Positions 12,093 through 24,665 of a stretch of DNA of 64,000 nucleotides are shown in pieces; within the stretch, counting starts at the first letter, position 1, and every line of letters begins with the position of its first letter. This DNA is from Octopus sinensis (lineage: Eukaryota), in contig NC_043007.1 of assembly GCF_006345805.1 (NCBI RefSeq), forward strand, positions 23,002,001 to 23,066,000. The letters are read 5' to 3'. Both the position numbers and the translations under genes were made by a program. The notes beneath the pieces are model-generated. The model had not been told where the DNA came from. It saw nothing but the letters and a program-made list of their open reading frames with translations, and ran no database searches.

Positions 12093-13362
12093 TTCATTAA
12101 TTCATACCGTTTTTCTCCTCCCCCCTCCCTCATTGCTTATTTATTTCCCTGTTATAGTAATGTTTGCCTGTATTAGTTATATTAGCACAACCATCTCGTG
12201 TGCCATTCCTTCAGGCGTAGGCGATTATGGATTTTTATGTCAGAGTCTGAAGGCCATAACTTTTTCTTGGAAAAGCTGCAGAAATGGTTTCTTTTTGTTT
12301 TCTGCCTGTTTATTAATAGTTTGCTCTGTTAGTGCCCTTCTCTCCTGAGCTGACTCTTTCAGAAATAGGGCCTGTTTAATCCTTAGGCAAAGGGGCTAGT
12401 TCCTGTGACACTGAGACATGTCCACACACTGGTGGGCCTTTATAACTGATATCTAGGGTCCAGCCATCTGGGATTTGTGTGCTTTAGCCACAGGACCATC
12501 TGTGGAGGCACATGGCCTAGTGGTTAGAGCAGCAGACTCACGGTTGAGGGATCGCGGGTACGAATCTCAGATCAGGTGATGTGTGTGTTTATGAGCGAAA
12601 ACACCTAAGGTCCATGCGGCTCTGGCAGAAGGTAATGGCGGACTTCTACTGACTCTTTCGCCACAACTTCCTCCCACTCTTTCCTCCTGCATCTTGCAGT
12701 TCACCTGCGACGGACCGGCGTCCTGTCCAGGTGAGGAACCTATATGCCAAGGAAACCGGGAAACCGGCCTTAATGAGCCAGGCGTGGCTCGAGAAGGAAC
12801 AAACAAACAACAGGACGATCTCCTGCTATTTGACCTATAACTGAAGTCCTTGATCTACACTGCTGCCCAAGGCCAGAGCTCTCCTGGAAGTGGCAGTAGT
12901 TAAGGCATAATTCATACTTTCCATAACTGCTGAGCTTCCCAGCTGGAGCCTTACCACTATGTGCAGGTAACTGTCTTGGTCATGACAAAACAGATAAGGA
13001 ATTATTGCAAAGATCTATTACAAAGATCTATTTGATGTGCAATGTCAACTTACAAAGAAAGGTTAGAAAAATGCTGGGGTACATATATATTTGTATGTGT
13101 GTGTGTTTATATATTTATATAGATATATGAAACACACACATATACATACTCTTTTACTCTTTTACTTGTTTCAGTAATTTGACTTGGCGATGCTGGAGCA
13201 CCGCCTTTAGTCGAGCAAATCGACCCCAGGACTTATTCTTTGTAAGCCTAGTACTTATTCTATCAGTCTCTTTTGCCAAACTGCTAAGTTACGGGGACAT
13301 AAACACACCGCCATCGGTTGTCAAGCGATATTGAGGGAAGAAACATATACACACACATACAT

Positions 13363-13406
<44 letters not shown>

Positions 13407-13558
13407 TCGACAGGCTTCTTTCAGTTTCCATCTACCAAATCCACTCAAGGCTTTGGCCCAAGGTGCTACACAGTGGGAATGAACCCGGAACCATGTGGTT
13501 GGTAAGCAAGTTATTTACCACACAGCCACTCCTGTGCCTATGTATGTATGTATATATG

Positions 13559-13609
<51 letters not shown>

Positions 13610-15960
13610 AGTATATTAGGAATTGTTGAAGACTACATAGCAGGAATTTATAATGTTACAATATTTTAATTTGTCCACCTACACAACTAACATGCTTATT
13701 AGTGTGTGTCTAGGTATGTAGCGTGTTGTTGTAGTGGTATTGGTGGTGTTTGTGTGTTATATATGTAATAACTCTCTATTAGATATATAACGTGTGTGTG
13801 CGTATGTTTTGCAGTTGCTATGGCAACATAACTGCAGCCTTCATTAGTATATCATATCCATGTTGCTACCCTCCCCTATCCACTTATTCAGGCAGGCCAG
13901 CTAAGCTAAACAACAAAGACCATAGAATGAGGGAACTACTGTGTGGTCACAAGGCTGCCTGGAAATAACAGTAACGTCTCCCTTTTGTCTTATAAAAAGG
14001 GGGAAAATATTTAGAATAATGTTGTGTACCATTACTTAATGAGAAAAACAAAAACCAAACAAGGATAAAAATAACAAAGAGAGGGAATGGTCAAGGCTGG
14101 AATGCCTTTAAATAGTGCTCGCTTGGGGCTACAGAACAATGAAGTCTTAGAGCTGTATTTTATAGATGGATCTTAAATGAGGGAATAACTAGCCGTTAAG
14201 TCACTCTCTCTCTCTTCGTCTCTCTTTCTCTCTCTCCAGCTACTGCTAATTTGTTGAAGTACAACAGTAAACAACAACAAACTTAACTATCAGAAATGAA
14301 AAAAAAATTACAATCAAGAAAAAAAAAAGCAAAAAAAAAAGAAACCAACAAATTCTTGATAATTATTGATTAATATATTTTTTTTCTTCTTCTCCCTCCT
14401 TCCATCTCCAAGAGGAAATTAATATTTTGGTGTAACTTTACATGTAATTTTTACCAGATATAATTTGCAATTCATTAATGTTATATCAGCATAACAACAA
14501 CAACAGCAAAATAAACAGGGAAAATAAAAAAGCAAAAAATGGTAGATACCACCACCACCACAGCTTGTTATAGTATTACAGTTCGTTGATATTCATTTGA
14601 ATGAGAACCCAAGATAGTTATGCGTAGAGTGCATAACATCTTGTTCTGTTGTATCTCATAATATATATAATAGAATTGATATGCCTTAATTATTAACAAC
14701 CAAGGCTGCTAGGGAGCTAGTTACCATCATCTGAAGTAACTTCGTTTCTGATTAATTCTGTTCAGATCCAATATAGATTATTTGATTTTGTAGTTAGTTT
14801 CCTGATGATTCATCTAAACTCAACTCCACGCATCTCATCAGTGTGTTTTGAAGCGATAGCCAACGATGGCCTTCAGCTTTTACTGGAATTTATTCATCAG
14901 ATCTTGAGGTCAACATTGTTTTTTCTGTTGGCCATGTCATTGAACTTTCAATATTACTGAAACAGTTCGTTAAGCTTTTGGAACTCGAATTATCAGTCAT
15001 AGAATAGATTTTAAGCCATTGAAGGAAATCTCATCCTTGTGGCTAATACAGGAAATCATTATTATTATTATTACCAAGACGGTGAGCTGGCACAAATGTT
15101 AGCGTGCTGGGCGAAATGCTTAGCGGTATTTCATCTGCCGTTACATTCTGAGTTCAAATTCCGCCGAGGTCAACTTTGCCTTTCATCCTTTTGGGGTCAA
15201 TTAAATAAGTACCAGATATGCACTGAGGTCGATATAATTGACTTAATCCATTTGTCTGTCCTTGTTTGTCCTCTCTGTGTTTAGCCCCTTGTGGGTAGTA
15301 AAGAAATAGGTATTTTGCCCGTCGCTATGTTCTGAGTTCAAATTCTGCCAAGGTCAACTTCACCTTTCATTCTATCAGGGTCAATAAATTAAGTACCAGT
15401 GAAAACACTGGGGTTAACTAGTCCCCTCCCTCACTCCAAAATTGAGGCCTTATGCCTCCAGTAGAAAAGATTTTTATTATTATTACTGTTTATAACAGTA
15501 GTGATGAACCATTTTTTGCCTATGGACTCCTTTGATTCCTATTTCATTCAAGTGGACCCCTATAGCCATTCATTGGCCCTGTGGTTAGAAGCTTGCTTCC
15601 CAACCATATGCTTCTGGGTCCAGTCAAACTGTGTATCACCTTGGGCAAGTGTCTTCTCGTATAGCTTCAGGCCAACCAAAGCCTTGTGAGTGGATTTGGT
15701 AGACAGAAAGTGAAAGAAGTTTGTTGTGTATGTGTCTTTGTGTCTGTTTTTGTTCTTCCGTACTGATTGAAAATGAGTTTCACCGTCATGCAAGTGGTGT
15801 CCTTTGTTTCTAATCTTCCATGAGAAATTCTGATTATGGGGAAATATCACCTTGCCTGGCAACAGGAAGGGCATCTGGCTGTAGAAAATCTGGCTCGACA
15901 AATTCCATTCTACCCATGCAAGTATGAAAAAGTGGATGTTAAAACGACGACGACAATGAT

Positions 15961-16258
15961 GAGTTAAGTTAAGTTAAGTTAATTTTTTGGCTCAAAAAGC
16001 AAAAAGCAAGGCCATGTAGGGGGACATGGAGTTATGTACAGGGTGGTGTTCATGCAAAGAGTTCAGGCCATTTCTGGTCAAGGGAGACTTTGAACCGAGT
16101 GGTCATCGGCATCTTCACTATCTCGTCCGGCACTATCTCGTCCATGGATCCGCAACCTGGACGGAGAAAGCCCCTCTCCTTCGATTGAGATGAAATCGTC
16201 GCAGATAGAGCTTTTCGGAGTAACCCCGCAGCCGACATTCTGGAGCAGGAGTGAAGAA
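15961..16258 (-). mobile_element. 3' end of an unclassified LINE with (TAACT)n tail; second copy at 29254-29550 (+)
   Basis: GC-rich ~300-bp segment shared between two loci, each ending in GAGCCAAAAA plus a short tandem tail. Confidence 0.6.
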
Positions 16259-18244
16259 GATTGTTGATGATTTTCAGCCACAACATGACCCTAACACTAG
16301 CAACACCATTAAAAGATTGTTTGTTTGCACAGCAAGTCAACAGATGTAGATGTCCTTTTCACGTGAGAGTAAAGCAGAATCTATTAAAAAATAACGAGCG
16401 ACATCATACACTCTGGGATGATGACATACTTGCCAAGGAGGTAAGCAGCACCCAATAAAGGACCCCTATTCAAAACAAAATAAGCTTGGAAAAGGTATGG
16501 TCTGCTGTGGAGTATGTAATGAAACAAGACTGCCCTGGATGATGATGTGTGCAGTAGAGAGCAACGGACCCAAATAGGTGACCACAAATATAGAATATCC
16601 CAGGAATTTGTGATGACTACTTTATATGAGACAGGTGATGCTGTATATGAGATGACGACAAGTGATTAACATTTTAGCATTCAAATTATTCTATCAAAAG
16701 TAGTGCTTATTTTGTCACACTGTTTTGAATTAATCATGGATTATCTTGTAGCTTTTAGATTTTGATGAAGCAATTGTCAATGTTTAGAATGATAATGTAG
16801 GGTTGCTGTTAGGGGCCAGTTTGGTGAGCTGGCAGAAACGTTAGCACACCAGGCGAAATGCTTAACGATATTTCGTCTGTCATTATGTTCTGAGTTCAAA
16901 TTCCGCCGAGGTTGACTTTGCCTTTCATCCTTTCGGGGTCGATAAATTAAGTACCAAACTTAATCCCTTTGTATGTCCTTGTTTGTCCCCTCTATGTTTA
17001 GCCCCTTGTGGGCAATAAAGAAATAAGATTCGGCCAGTTTGAACATAAAACAGGTAGAATATTTTGGCCAGATGTGGCCAGTTTAAATACTAAAGGGTTA
17101 AAGTGTTCCAGGTGTTACCATCTTATTTTGTTTTTCCGCAGTAGCATCACTGAGTTTTAAAAGAAATGTGGCCCCATGATTAGACAACCGAGCTCATATT
17201 CATAAGGTTGTAGGTTTGATTCTTTGTCCTGGACACAGGTTTTGTCCTTGAGCAAAGCACTTTAGTTCACACTGTTGGCAAAAATAAGTATTAAGACCAG
17301 TAGAGTACTCAGTCAATGTCTAATTAGCAAGGCAGTGTTAATAGGTTAGTATGAGCAAAATCCTTCAGGCATGAAGAAGAGTGCATCCATCCAAAAATAG
17401 ACTGCTATATCTTATATTTACCATTTGCATTTTTTATTACCTAGGTATACACTTTCTAGTGTGTTTTTCTTTCTTATTTAAGACATTAGGGTGTGATTTA
17501 AAGATTTCGGTTACTATTTCTAGCAGGCCATCAGGTTGCATGGGGGTTTGCTCATTGGCTTGTGTAATGTGGTGATGTCATAGATTGGAGAAAAATGTAT
17601 GGTATTGTAGGATGATTGGAAACTGAAGACCTGAAGTAGGTAGGAAAATTGTATATGCATCAGAAGTGTAATGCTGTGTGATAGTGATTGCAGAGGGCCT
17701 GAAATACTGATTAAAGGTGAGATACTATTGTATGACAATTAAAACAGCAAGCTTGCAGTGATTAGAGGAGGGTGTATATGTGTGTGGGTGTCAGTGATGC
17801 TGTGCTGTATGGCATCGATTGTAGAAGACCTGCAGTAATTAAAGAGACGATGATGTCATGGTGTATTAAGAGTTAAAACATAGGTGATAAAAACAGAGGA
17901 TTGATAAGAGCAGAGGAGGGGAGGGTCGAGTACGGATCAATAGATACGCAGTATTAACGTATGATGAGAGGGTTGGGTCAAATAGTGTGAGAAGAAAGCA
18001 ACTGGACATTAAAGGTATTGGAAGATTGATTCAGCAGAGGCGAACAGATGTTGGTGTTGTCGTGTTATGTTTATGAGTGCTGCATAGAGGCTAAAAGGGG
18101 GTGTGATTGATGGAAGTAGATTGATGGTCGGGCCTGAAAGTGTTAGGCTGGTGTGTGGAAAATGACACAGGACTGAGGAGGCATGGAGAGTTGCTGTATT
18201 GCAGATTGCAGACCTATCCAACCCTATTGCAAGCTACAGATATA

Positions 18245-18359
18245 CAGGGTAATTCAAAATGAATGGTACAAAAAAAAAAACACAGTATTTTTGCAATGTG
18301 TTCGTTACAACAGTCACATGTATATTTCTGTTTTGTACCATTCATTTTTAAATACCCTG
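18245..18359. mobile_element. Small Tc1/mariner-type MITE
   Basis: TA|CAGGGTAATTCAAAATGAATGGTACAA ... TTGTACCATTCATTTTTAAATACCCTG|TA. Confidence 0.75.
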
Positions 18360-18429
18360 TATTAAAAGCTCAATACGGTAGGAGTGGGGTGAATGAAAAA
18401 ATATGTATGTACATCCTTCCATTCATTCA

Positions 18430-18450
18430 TTCATACATATTTACATATAT

Positions 18451-18488
<38 letters not shown>

Positions 18489-18992
18489 CATGCACACAGA
18501 CACACGCACACTATACATACATGCTTACATAATATATATGTATATGTATATATTATATATATATATATACACACACACATCCTTCCATTCATTCATTCAT
18601 GCATATTTACACATACATGCATGCACACAGACACATGCACACTATACATACGTGCTTACATAATGTATATGTATGTATATGTATGTATGTATATGTATGT
18701 ATGTATGTATATGTATGTATGTATATATGTATATGTATGTATATTTATGTATATATATGTATGTATATTTATGTATGTATATATATGTATATGTATGTAT
18801 ATATGTATATGTATGTATGTATGTATATATGTATGTATGTATATATGTATGTATGTATATATGTATGTATGTATATATATATCTATGTATATATGTATGT
18901 ATGTATATATATATCTATGTATATATGTATGTATATATATATGTATGTATATATGTATGTATGTATATATGTATGTATGTATATATGTATGT

Positions 18993-19023
<31 letters not shown>

Positions 19024-19090
19024 TATATGTATGTATGTATATATGTATGTATATATATGTATGTATGTATGTATATATATATATATATAT
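18430..19090. repeat. Compound (TA)n/(TATG)n microsatellite
   Basis: Direct reading; source of the spurious Y/M/C/V-rich ORFs. Confidence 0.95.
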
Positions 19091-19663
19091 TAGATGGATT
19101 TATTTAGCCAGCGTAGCAGACTAGATGATGAGTTGGCTGTCACTTTCGTTATCGTGACCAAACATTAACTGACCATTAGTTCAACCGACCATCACTACCC
19201 ACCACTGTCACAAACACCTTCCTCTTCCTCCTCCTCCTCCTCCTCATCACCATCATCATCACCACCACCATCATCATCGTCCTCTTCATCTACAGTTGAA
19301 GTTTGTTGAATTTATTTTTATCCCGCACATATTTATTGATCCGTCTATTTTTACTCGCTTGCTATATCCAGTCGTTTCTTTTGAGTTTGCGTTATTCTGA
19401 CCGAGAAAGTGTCCGTTAGTTAGTTTCTAGTTTTCTTCTTTCTTTTTTTTTTTTGTTTATCCTTTTCCTTTTCCTTTCCTTTTTGTCTATATATTCCAGA
19501 CCATGGGGGAAACGTTGCCATGGTGATTCTTATTTAATCAGACTAAGCTTACTTGATTTATAAGTACATCCTCCCTTCCATCGTTGTAGTATTTTGGTAG
19601 CATTCACGTCTCCTCCTTGCAGCCGTTGTTTACATCCCTGTTGTTGATTGCGTCTGTTTGTCT

Positions 19664-19766
19664 TCAGCGCTGTCCGCCCACGATTTCTGTGTCTGAGGGG
19701 CGGGGAGCTTTGATGAGCATGGTGGAGGGATTGGAGTAAGCAGGAGTCTTAGAATCTATGATCCAA
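19664..19766 (-). CDS. Putative terminal coding exon of an unidentified minus-strand gene
   Basis: Acceptor tttttctgtctttctctctcag|; the only extended open frame encodes WIIDSKTPAYSNPSTMLIKAPRPSDTEIVGGQR*; AATAAA signals downstream at 19311-19337(-). Confidence 0.4.
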
Positions 19767-21237
19767 CTGAGAGAGAAAGACAGAAAAATTGCTAAAACAT
19801 TTCAAAGACTATAATAAACGTCAATATACTGGAGATGTTGTTCAGCCCTAGGTTGGCCCTGATCAAGCAAACCTATGATCAAAGACATTCCACCAGCAAT
19901 CAATGTGTCAGTTTTTCCCAGACAGTGTAATTTCAGTTCAGATTTACAACCTCAAGAAAACCGAAGTTTTATATTTTACTTGCTTCAATCATTGGATAAC
20001 GGTCATGCTGGGGCACTGCCTTGAAGGGTTTTAATTGGACAAATCACTCCCAGTAAATATTTTTCAAGTCTGGTTGTTATTCAATTGCTCTTTTTTGCTA
20101 AGCTGCCAAGTTATTGGGATGTAAACAAACCATCTTCAGTTGTCAAGCAGTGTGCATGCGCATCTGTGTGTGTGTGTGGTTTTCAGATATAATGCATTGC
20201 AGAGCAAATTCCATGACTTGTAATTTGCAGTTTAACTTTTTAGCTATTGCTATCTCGTGTGTGTATGTGGTGTGTGTGTGTGTGTGTATGTATGTGTGTG
20301 TGTCTTTGTGCCTGTGTTTGTCCTCCACCACTGCTTGACAACTGGTGTTGGTGTGTTTACATCCGTGTAACATAGCGATTCAGCAAAAGAGATTGGTAGA
20401 ATAAGTACCAATGTACTGGGGTTGATCCTTTCGGCTAAAATTCTTCAAGGTGGTGGCCACAGTCTAATGACTGAAACAAGTTTTAAATAAAACATAAAAA
20501 TCCCTCTAACTTAAGCAGTTTTGCAAAAGAGTCTGATAGAATAAATTCCAGATCACAAAATCTTAAGTGCTGAAGTCAATTTATTTAATGAGATTTCTTT
20601 CATTAACTGTGATACTCTCTTTACTTACTTGTTTCAGTCATTTGACTGTGGCCATGCTGGAGCACCGCCTTTAGTCGAGCAAATCGACCCCAGGACTTAT
20701 TCTTTGTAAGCCTAGTACTTATTCTATTGGTCTCTTTTGCCGAACCGCTAAGTTATGTGTACTTAAACACACCAGCACCGGTTGTCAAACTATGTGGGGG
20801 GGGGGGGCAAACACAGAAACACAAACATATACACACACACATGCACATATATATATATACATATATATGACGGGCTTCTTTCAGTTTCCATCTGCCAAAT
20901 CCACTCACAAGGCTTTGGTCGGCCTGAAGCTATAGTAGAAGACGCATGCCCAAGATGCCACGCAGTGGGACTGAACCCAGAACCATGTGGTTGGTAAGCA
21001 AGCTACTTACCACACAGCCACTCCTGCGCCTTGTGATTTAAAAAAAATTTTACTGCAAGTTTGAGATGGAGCAAGACAGTTATCTGATCTTTTGGATCCT
21101 GTCAAAACATCAAACCCATGCTAGTATGGAAAGCAGATGATGATGGTGGCAATGGTGATGACAAAGCTGTGGCAGTAGTGGGAGAAGTATTTGCTTTCAG
21201 ACACAATGCTCCGCAGAGCAGAAGGATTCGGACTCCC

Positions 21238-21256
21238 TGACCCCGTAATTTGCAGT
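21238..21256 (+). promoter_or_regulatory. snRNA-type PSE-like element
   Basis: TGACCCCGTAATTTGCAGT resembles the human U6 PSE CTTACCGTAACTTGAAAGT as recalled; sits ~50 nt upstream of a structured region. Confidence 0.4.
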
Positions 21257-21303
21257 TTAACTTTTTAGCTATCACCTATCTGATCTGGTTATATTCTGTT
21301 GTT

Positions 21304-21796
21304 ATATCACGTGTTGTTGAAATGGTTCTATCAACATTCAGTGGTTGTGGTATCTTACGACCATCTCTTTGAAGAACAAAGAATATTTACAGTTAACCTC
21401 GCTGATTCATTCTCTCTCTCTCTAATACGGAATGCAGTTCTTTGTTTTGAGATGGAGATGCATTGTGTAGCTATTCCGGCTCTCAGGTCTTGCTATAAAA
21501 CCTGCTGACCTTCCCGCCTTAATATTCAAAGTGGTTTCCATTAAAGCAAAACAGCAGAATCCGGGGAAACTAGTGATGGTGCACATCGGTAAATAATAAG
21601 TACTAAAGGTTCACAAAGTGGAATAAATCCACTCCCATTGAGTTTATCTAATTGTGAATTGAAGCAAATACATGTTGCCGTTTTTCTTTCCTTCTCTGAA
21701 AGCCCGCTAATGGAGCAAATCTGCCTGCAGATGCAGTGGTGTATGTTTTATGCCTGATACGGTCGGTTGGTTACATATCTGTACAATTGACTTATT
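21304..21796 (+). ncRNA. Candidate structured non-coding RNA, unknown family
   Basis: Six or more consecutive helices with G-U pairs on the + strand; PSE-like element upstream; GTTTCCCAATAAAAG 3'-box-like motif at 21811. Confidence 0.4.
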
Positions 21797-23060
21797 TAGC
21801 GATTAAGATTGTTTCCCAATAAAAGCTATTTTCCTCTGATGCTGAAAGTAGACTAGTAAAGAAATAATTGATGTACATTTTTATTTCATTTTTCCCCAGT
21901 GTTTGTTCAACTGGATTAGAAACTGATTCACTCAGATCTCCGTTGATAATTCATCGGAAACTGATTTGCTTTTGCGTTTCATTTTCCTAAATAAGTTGTT
22001 GTTGATGATGATGATGTTGTTTACCTCTGCAACATGGCTTGACTATTGATCTAGCTTACCTATGATCAAAAGTGTGTGCCAGAGTGGTGACCATCCTGTC
22101 TTTTTGTCCATCTAGGACAACATTATCCAATCCTTTATTTACCTTTTTAATTGTTTCAGTCTTTGAACTGCAGCCATGCTGGAGCACAGCACCACTTTGA
22201 AGGGCTTAGTTGAACCCCAGAACTTTTTTTTGTTTTTTACATTTGGTACTTATTCTATTAATCTCTTTTGCTGAACTGCTAAGCTACAGGGATATACACA
22301 AACCAACTGGTTGTCAAGCAGTGGGACAAACTCTCTCTCTCTCTCTCACACACACATACAAAACAGGCTTCTACACAGTTTCCATCTACCAAATTTACTC
22401 ACAAGGCATTAGTTGACCCGGGTCTACACCAGAAGACACTTGCCTAAGATGTCATGGAGTGGACTTGAACCTGAAACCTCAGGCTTCTTAACCACACTGT
22501 TATGCCTGCACCAATCTGTACTATTTTAAAATTGTTGGGTATGGGATTTGGCTATTATTTCTACCAGGTCTGGCAACTCTGTGGAGGTTTCTTCAATAGT
22601 CAGTGTTACTCAGTGTTTTATGGTCTTGGTGGGGTAATCAGTGGTATATTTGAGTAATCTGTGTCCCAGTGGAGGCACAATACCCAGTGGTTAGGGCAGT
22701 GGACTCGCGGTCGTAGGATCATGGTTTCAATTCCCAGACTGGGCGTTGTGTGTGATTATTGAGCAAAAACACCTAAAGCTCCATGAGGCACTGGCAGAGG
22801 GTGGTGGTGACCCCTGTTGTACTCTTTTGCCCCAACTTTCTCTCACTCTTTCTTCCTGTTTCTTGGGTAACGCTGCGATGGACTGGCGTCCCATCCAGCT
22901 GGGGGGAACACATATGCCATAGAAACCAGGAAACCGGGCCCATGAGCCTGGCTAGGCTTGAAAAGGTGCATAAATAAAAATAGATCTCTGTCCCAGCATA
23001 TGTTTACTGTTTGAATTATACATTATAGTATGTAACATGTCCTCTGGTATGTTAACACAT

Positions 23061-23352
23061 TAACTGCCACATGTACCACTAGTGGTTCATCGCAAACTTC
23101 TCACAGCTGTCATATGTACCACCGGTGGTACAATTTCATAATTAGAGAAAATATTTTATTCTGTATCTTTGACATGGTCTTGAGGATATCTAAATAATAT
23201 GAGTGCTAAATATTAAGTTTAATTATGAAATATTGTAAAAATGCAAAAAAAAAAAATGAAAAATTACAATTTCTTGTAATTAAATAGCATGCTGTGTGAT
23301 CGGAAATATGTGACATTACCAGTAAGTTTCAGTAACAGGCCACAGCAGTTAA
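23061..23352. mobile_element. TTAA-flanked MITE (piggyBac-like)
   Basis: TTAA|CTGC ... GCAG|TTAA termini. Confidence 0.45.
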
Positions 23353-24169
23353 CGTATTAAATAAAGCGCAAAAAGGTGTATTATGGCAGTCAGGGTATGT
23401 GGTGTGAAGTGTAGCGTTGTCAATTGTTTAATGTTGTAGAGACAACTTATTGTATGGTTGTCATGTCCCACATAGAGTGCTTTGTGTGAAGTATGTTATA
23501 TAAATATATCAGATAATCTACTATTTAAGGTGCGCTATTTGTAGAGCACAGTGTCAAGATCAGAGCAATTTATTTTCATTGGCACAGGAGTAGCTGTGCA
23601 GTTGAGAAGTTTACTTCCCAATCATGTGGTTCTGGGTTCAGTCCCACTGCACGGCATCTTAGAAAAGTGTCTTTTACTAAAACCTTGGGCCCATCAAAAC
23701 CTGTTGAATGGATTTGTTGACAGAAACAGAAAGATGTCTATTGTGTGTGTGTTTGTGTGTAGACATTATGCAATGGTTGTAAATGAGCATCACCATCATA
23801 CAAGCGGTGTTATTTGTTTCCTTTCATTCATCAATGGTTATGGAAAATATTATGCTGCTAAGAAGCAGGTGAAGGTTGGCAGCAGGAAGGGTGTTTGTCT
23901 GTAGAAAATCTGCCTTGACAAATTCCATCGGCCCCCTTGCAAGAATGGAAAAGTGAATGTTAAATATGGTGATGATGGTATTTTACAACCTGTTTTGTAA
24001 AAAAAGACTTTCAACTTCATCTTGGTAATGTTATTAACAGAGGCAAATATAAAGTGGACTAATAAAATGCAAAATAGCTACAGTGTATCAGGATTTATTG
24101 CAAGGAATATTTCAACCATTTATAGTAGAATAAAAAGGCTTAATTAATTGAATAGGATCTGAAAAAAGG

Positions 24170-24665
24170 TGATTAGTGGTAGTGGTTACTACAATACTGG
24201 CTACAGTATGGACTGTGGTGGTGGTTATAACACTGGTTGTAGGTGTTGTGGGGATTGTAGTACTGGCTGTCGTAGTGGTGGTGGCTATAGGACTGGCTGC
24301 TGTGGTGGTAGTGGTTACTACAATACTGGCTACAGTATGGATATTGTAGTGGTGGTAGTGGCTACAGTATGGACTGTGGTGGTGGTGGTGGTTATAACAC
24401 TGGTTGTAGGTGTTGTGGGGATTGTAGTACTGGCTGTCGTAGTGGTGGTGGCTATAGGACTGGCTGCTGTGGTGGTAGTGGCTACAGTATGGACTGTGGT
24501 GGTGGTAGTGGTGGTTACAGTATTTGATGTTGGAGTGGTAGTGGTTACTACAATATTAGTTATAGTACAAACTAGCGATGGTGGTGGCTATAGTACCGGA
24601 TATCATCGTATTAATGAGTACAACACTTTATTATTACTAGTAGTTGTAGTGTAGTGTTGGTAGTG
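24170..24665. repeat. GTG/GTA-rich degenerate tandem repeat with internal duplications
   Basis: Repeated blocks GGCTACAGTATGGACTGTGGTGG...; gives a poly-Val/Gly ORF. Confidence 0.85.

Noticed and set aside
12202-12253. Hairpin CCTTCAGGC/GTCTGAAGG as miRNA or SECIS
   Set aside because: Only a 9-bp stem with weak inner pairing; no SECIS quartet.
18393-19124. Long ORFs of 144-243 aa rich in Y/M/C/V/I
   Set aside because: Translations of a TA/TATG microsatellite; no protein signal.
19604-19666. TGA read-through or selenocysteine after GGQR
   Set aside because: No SECIS recognised downstream and no read-through motif; a short open extension is expected by chance.
21304-21796. Identity as telomerase RNA, RNase P/MRP, 7SK or U6atac
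   Set aside because: No CUAACCCU template, no clear H/ACA pair, no GGAAnnUC CR-I/CR-V match, no paired GAUC motifs; U6atac similarity is limited to the first few bases. Left as unknown.
24169-24654. Gly/Cys/Tyr then poly-Val ORF resembling a structural protein
   Set aside because: Degenerate GTG/GTA tandem repeat, starts at GTG, composition changes with frame.
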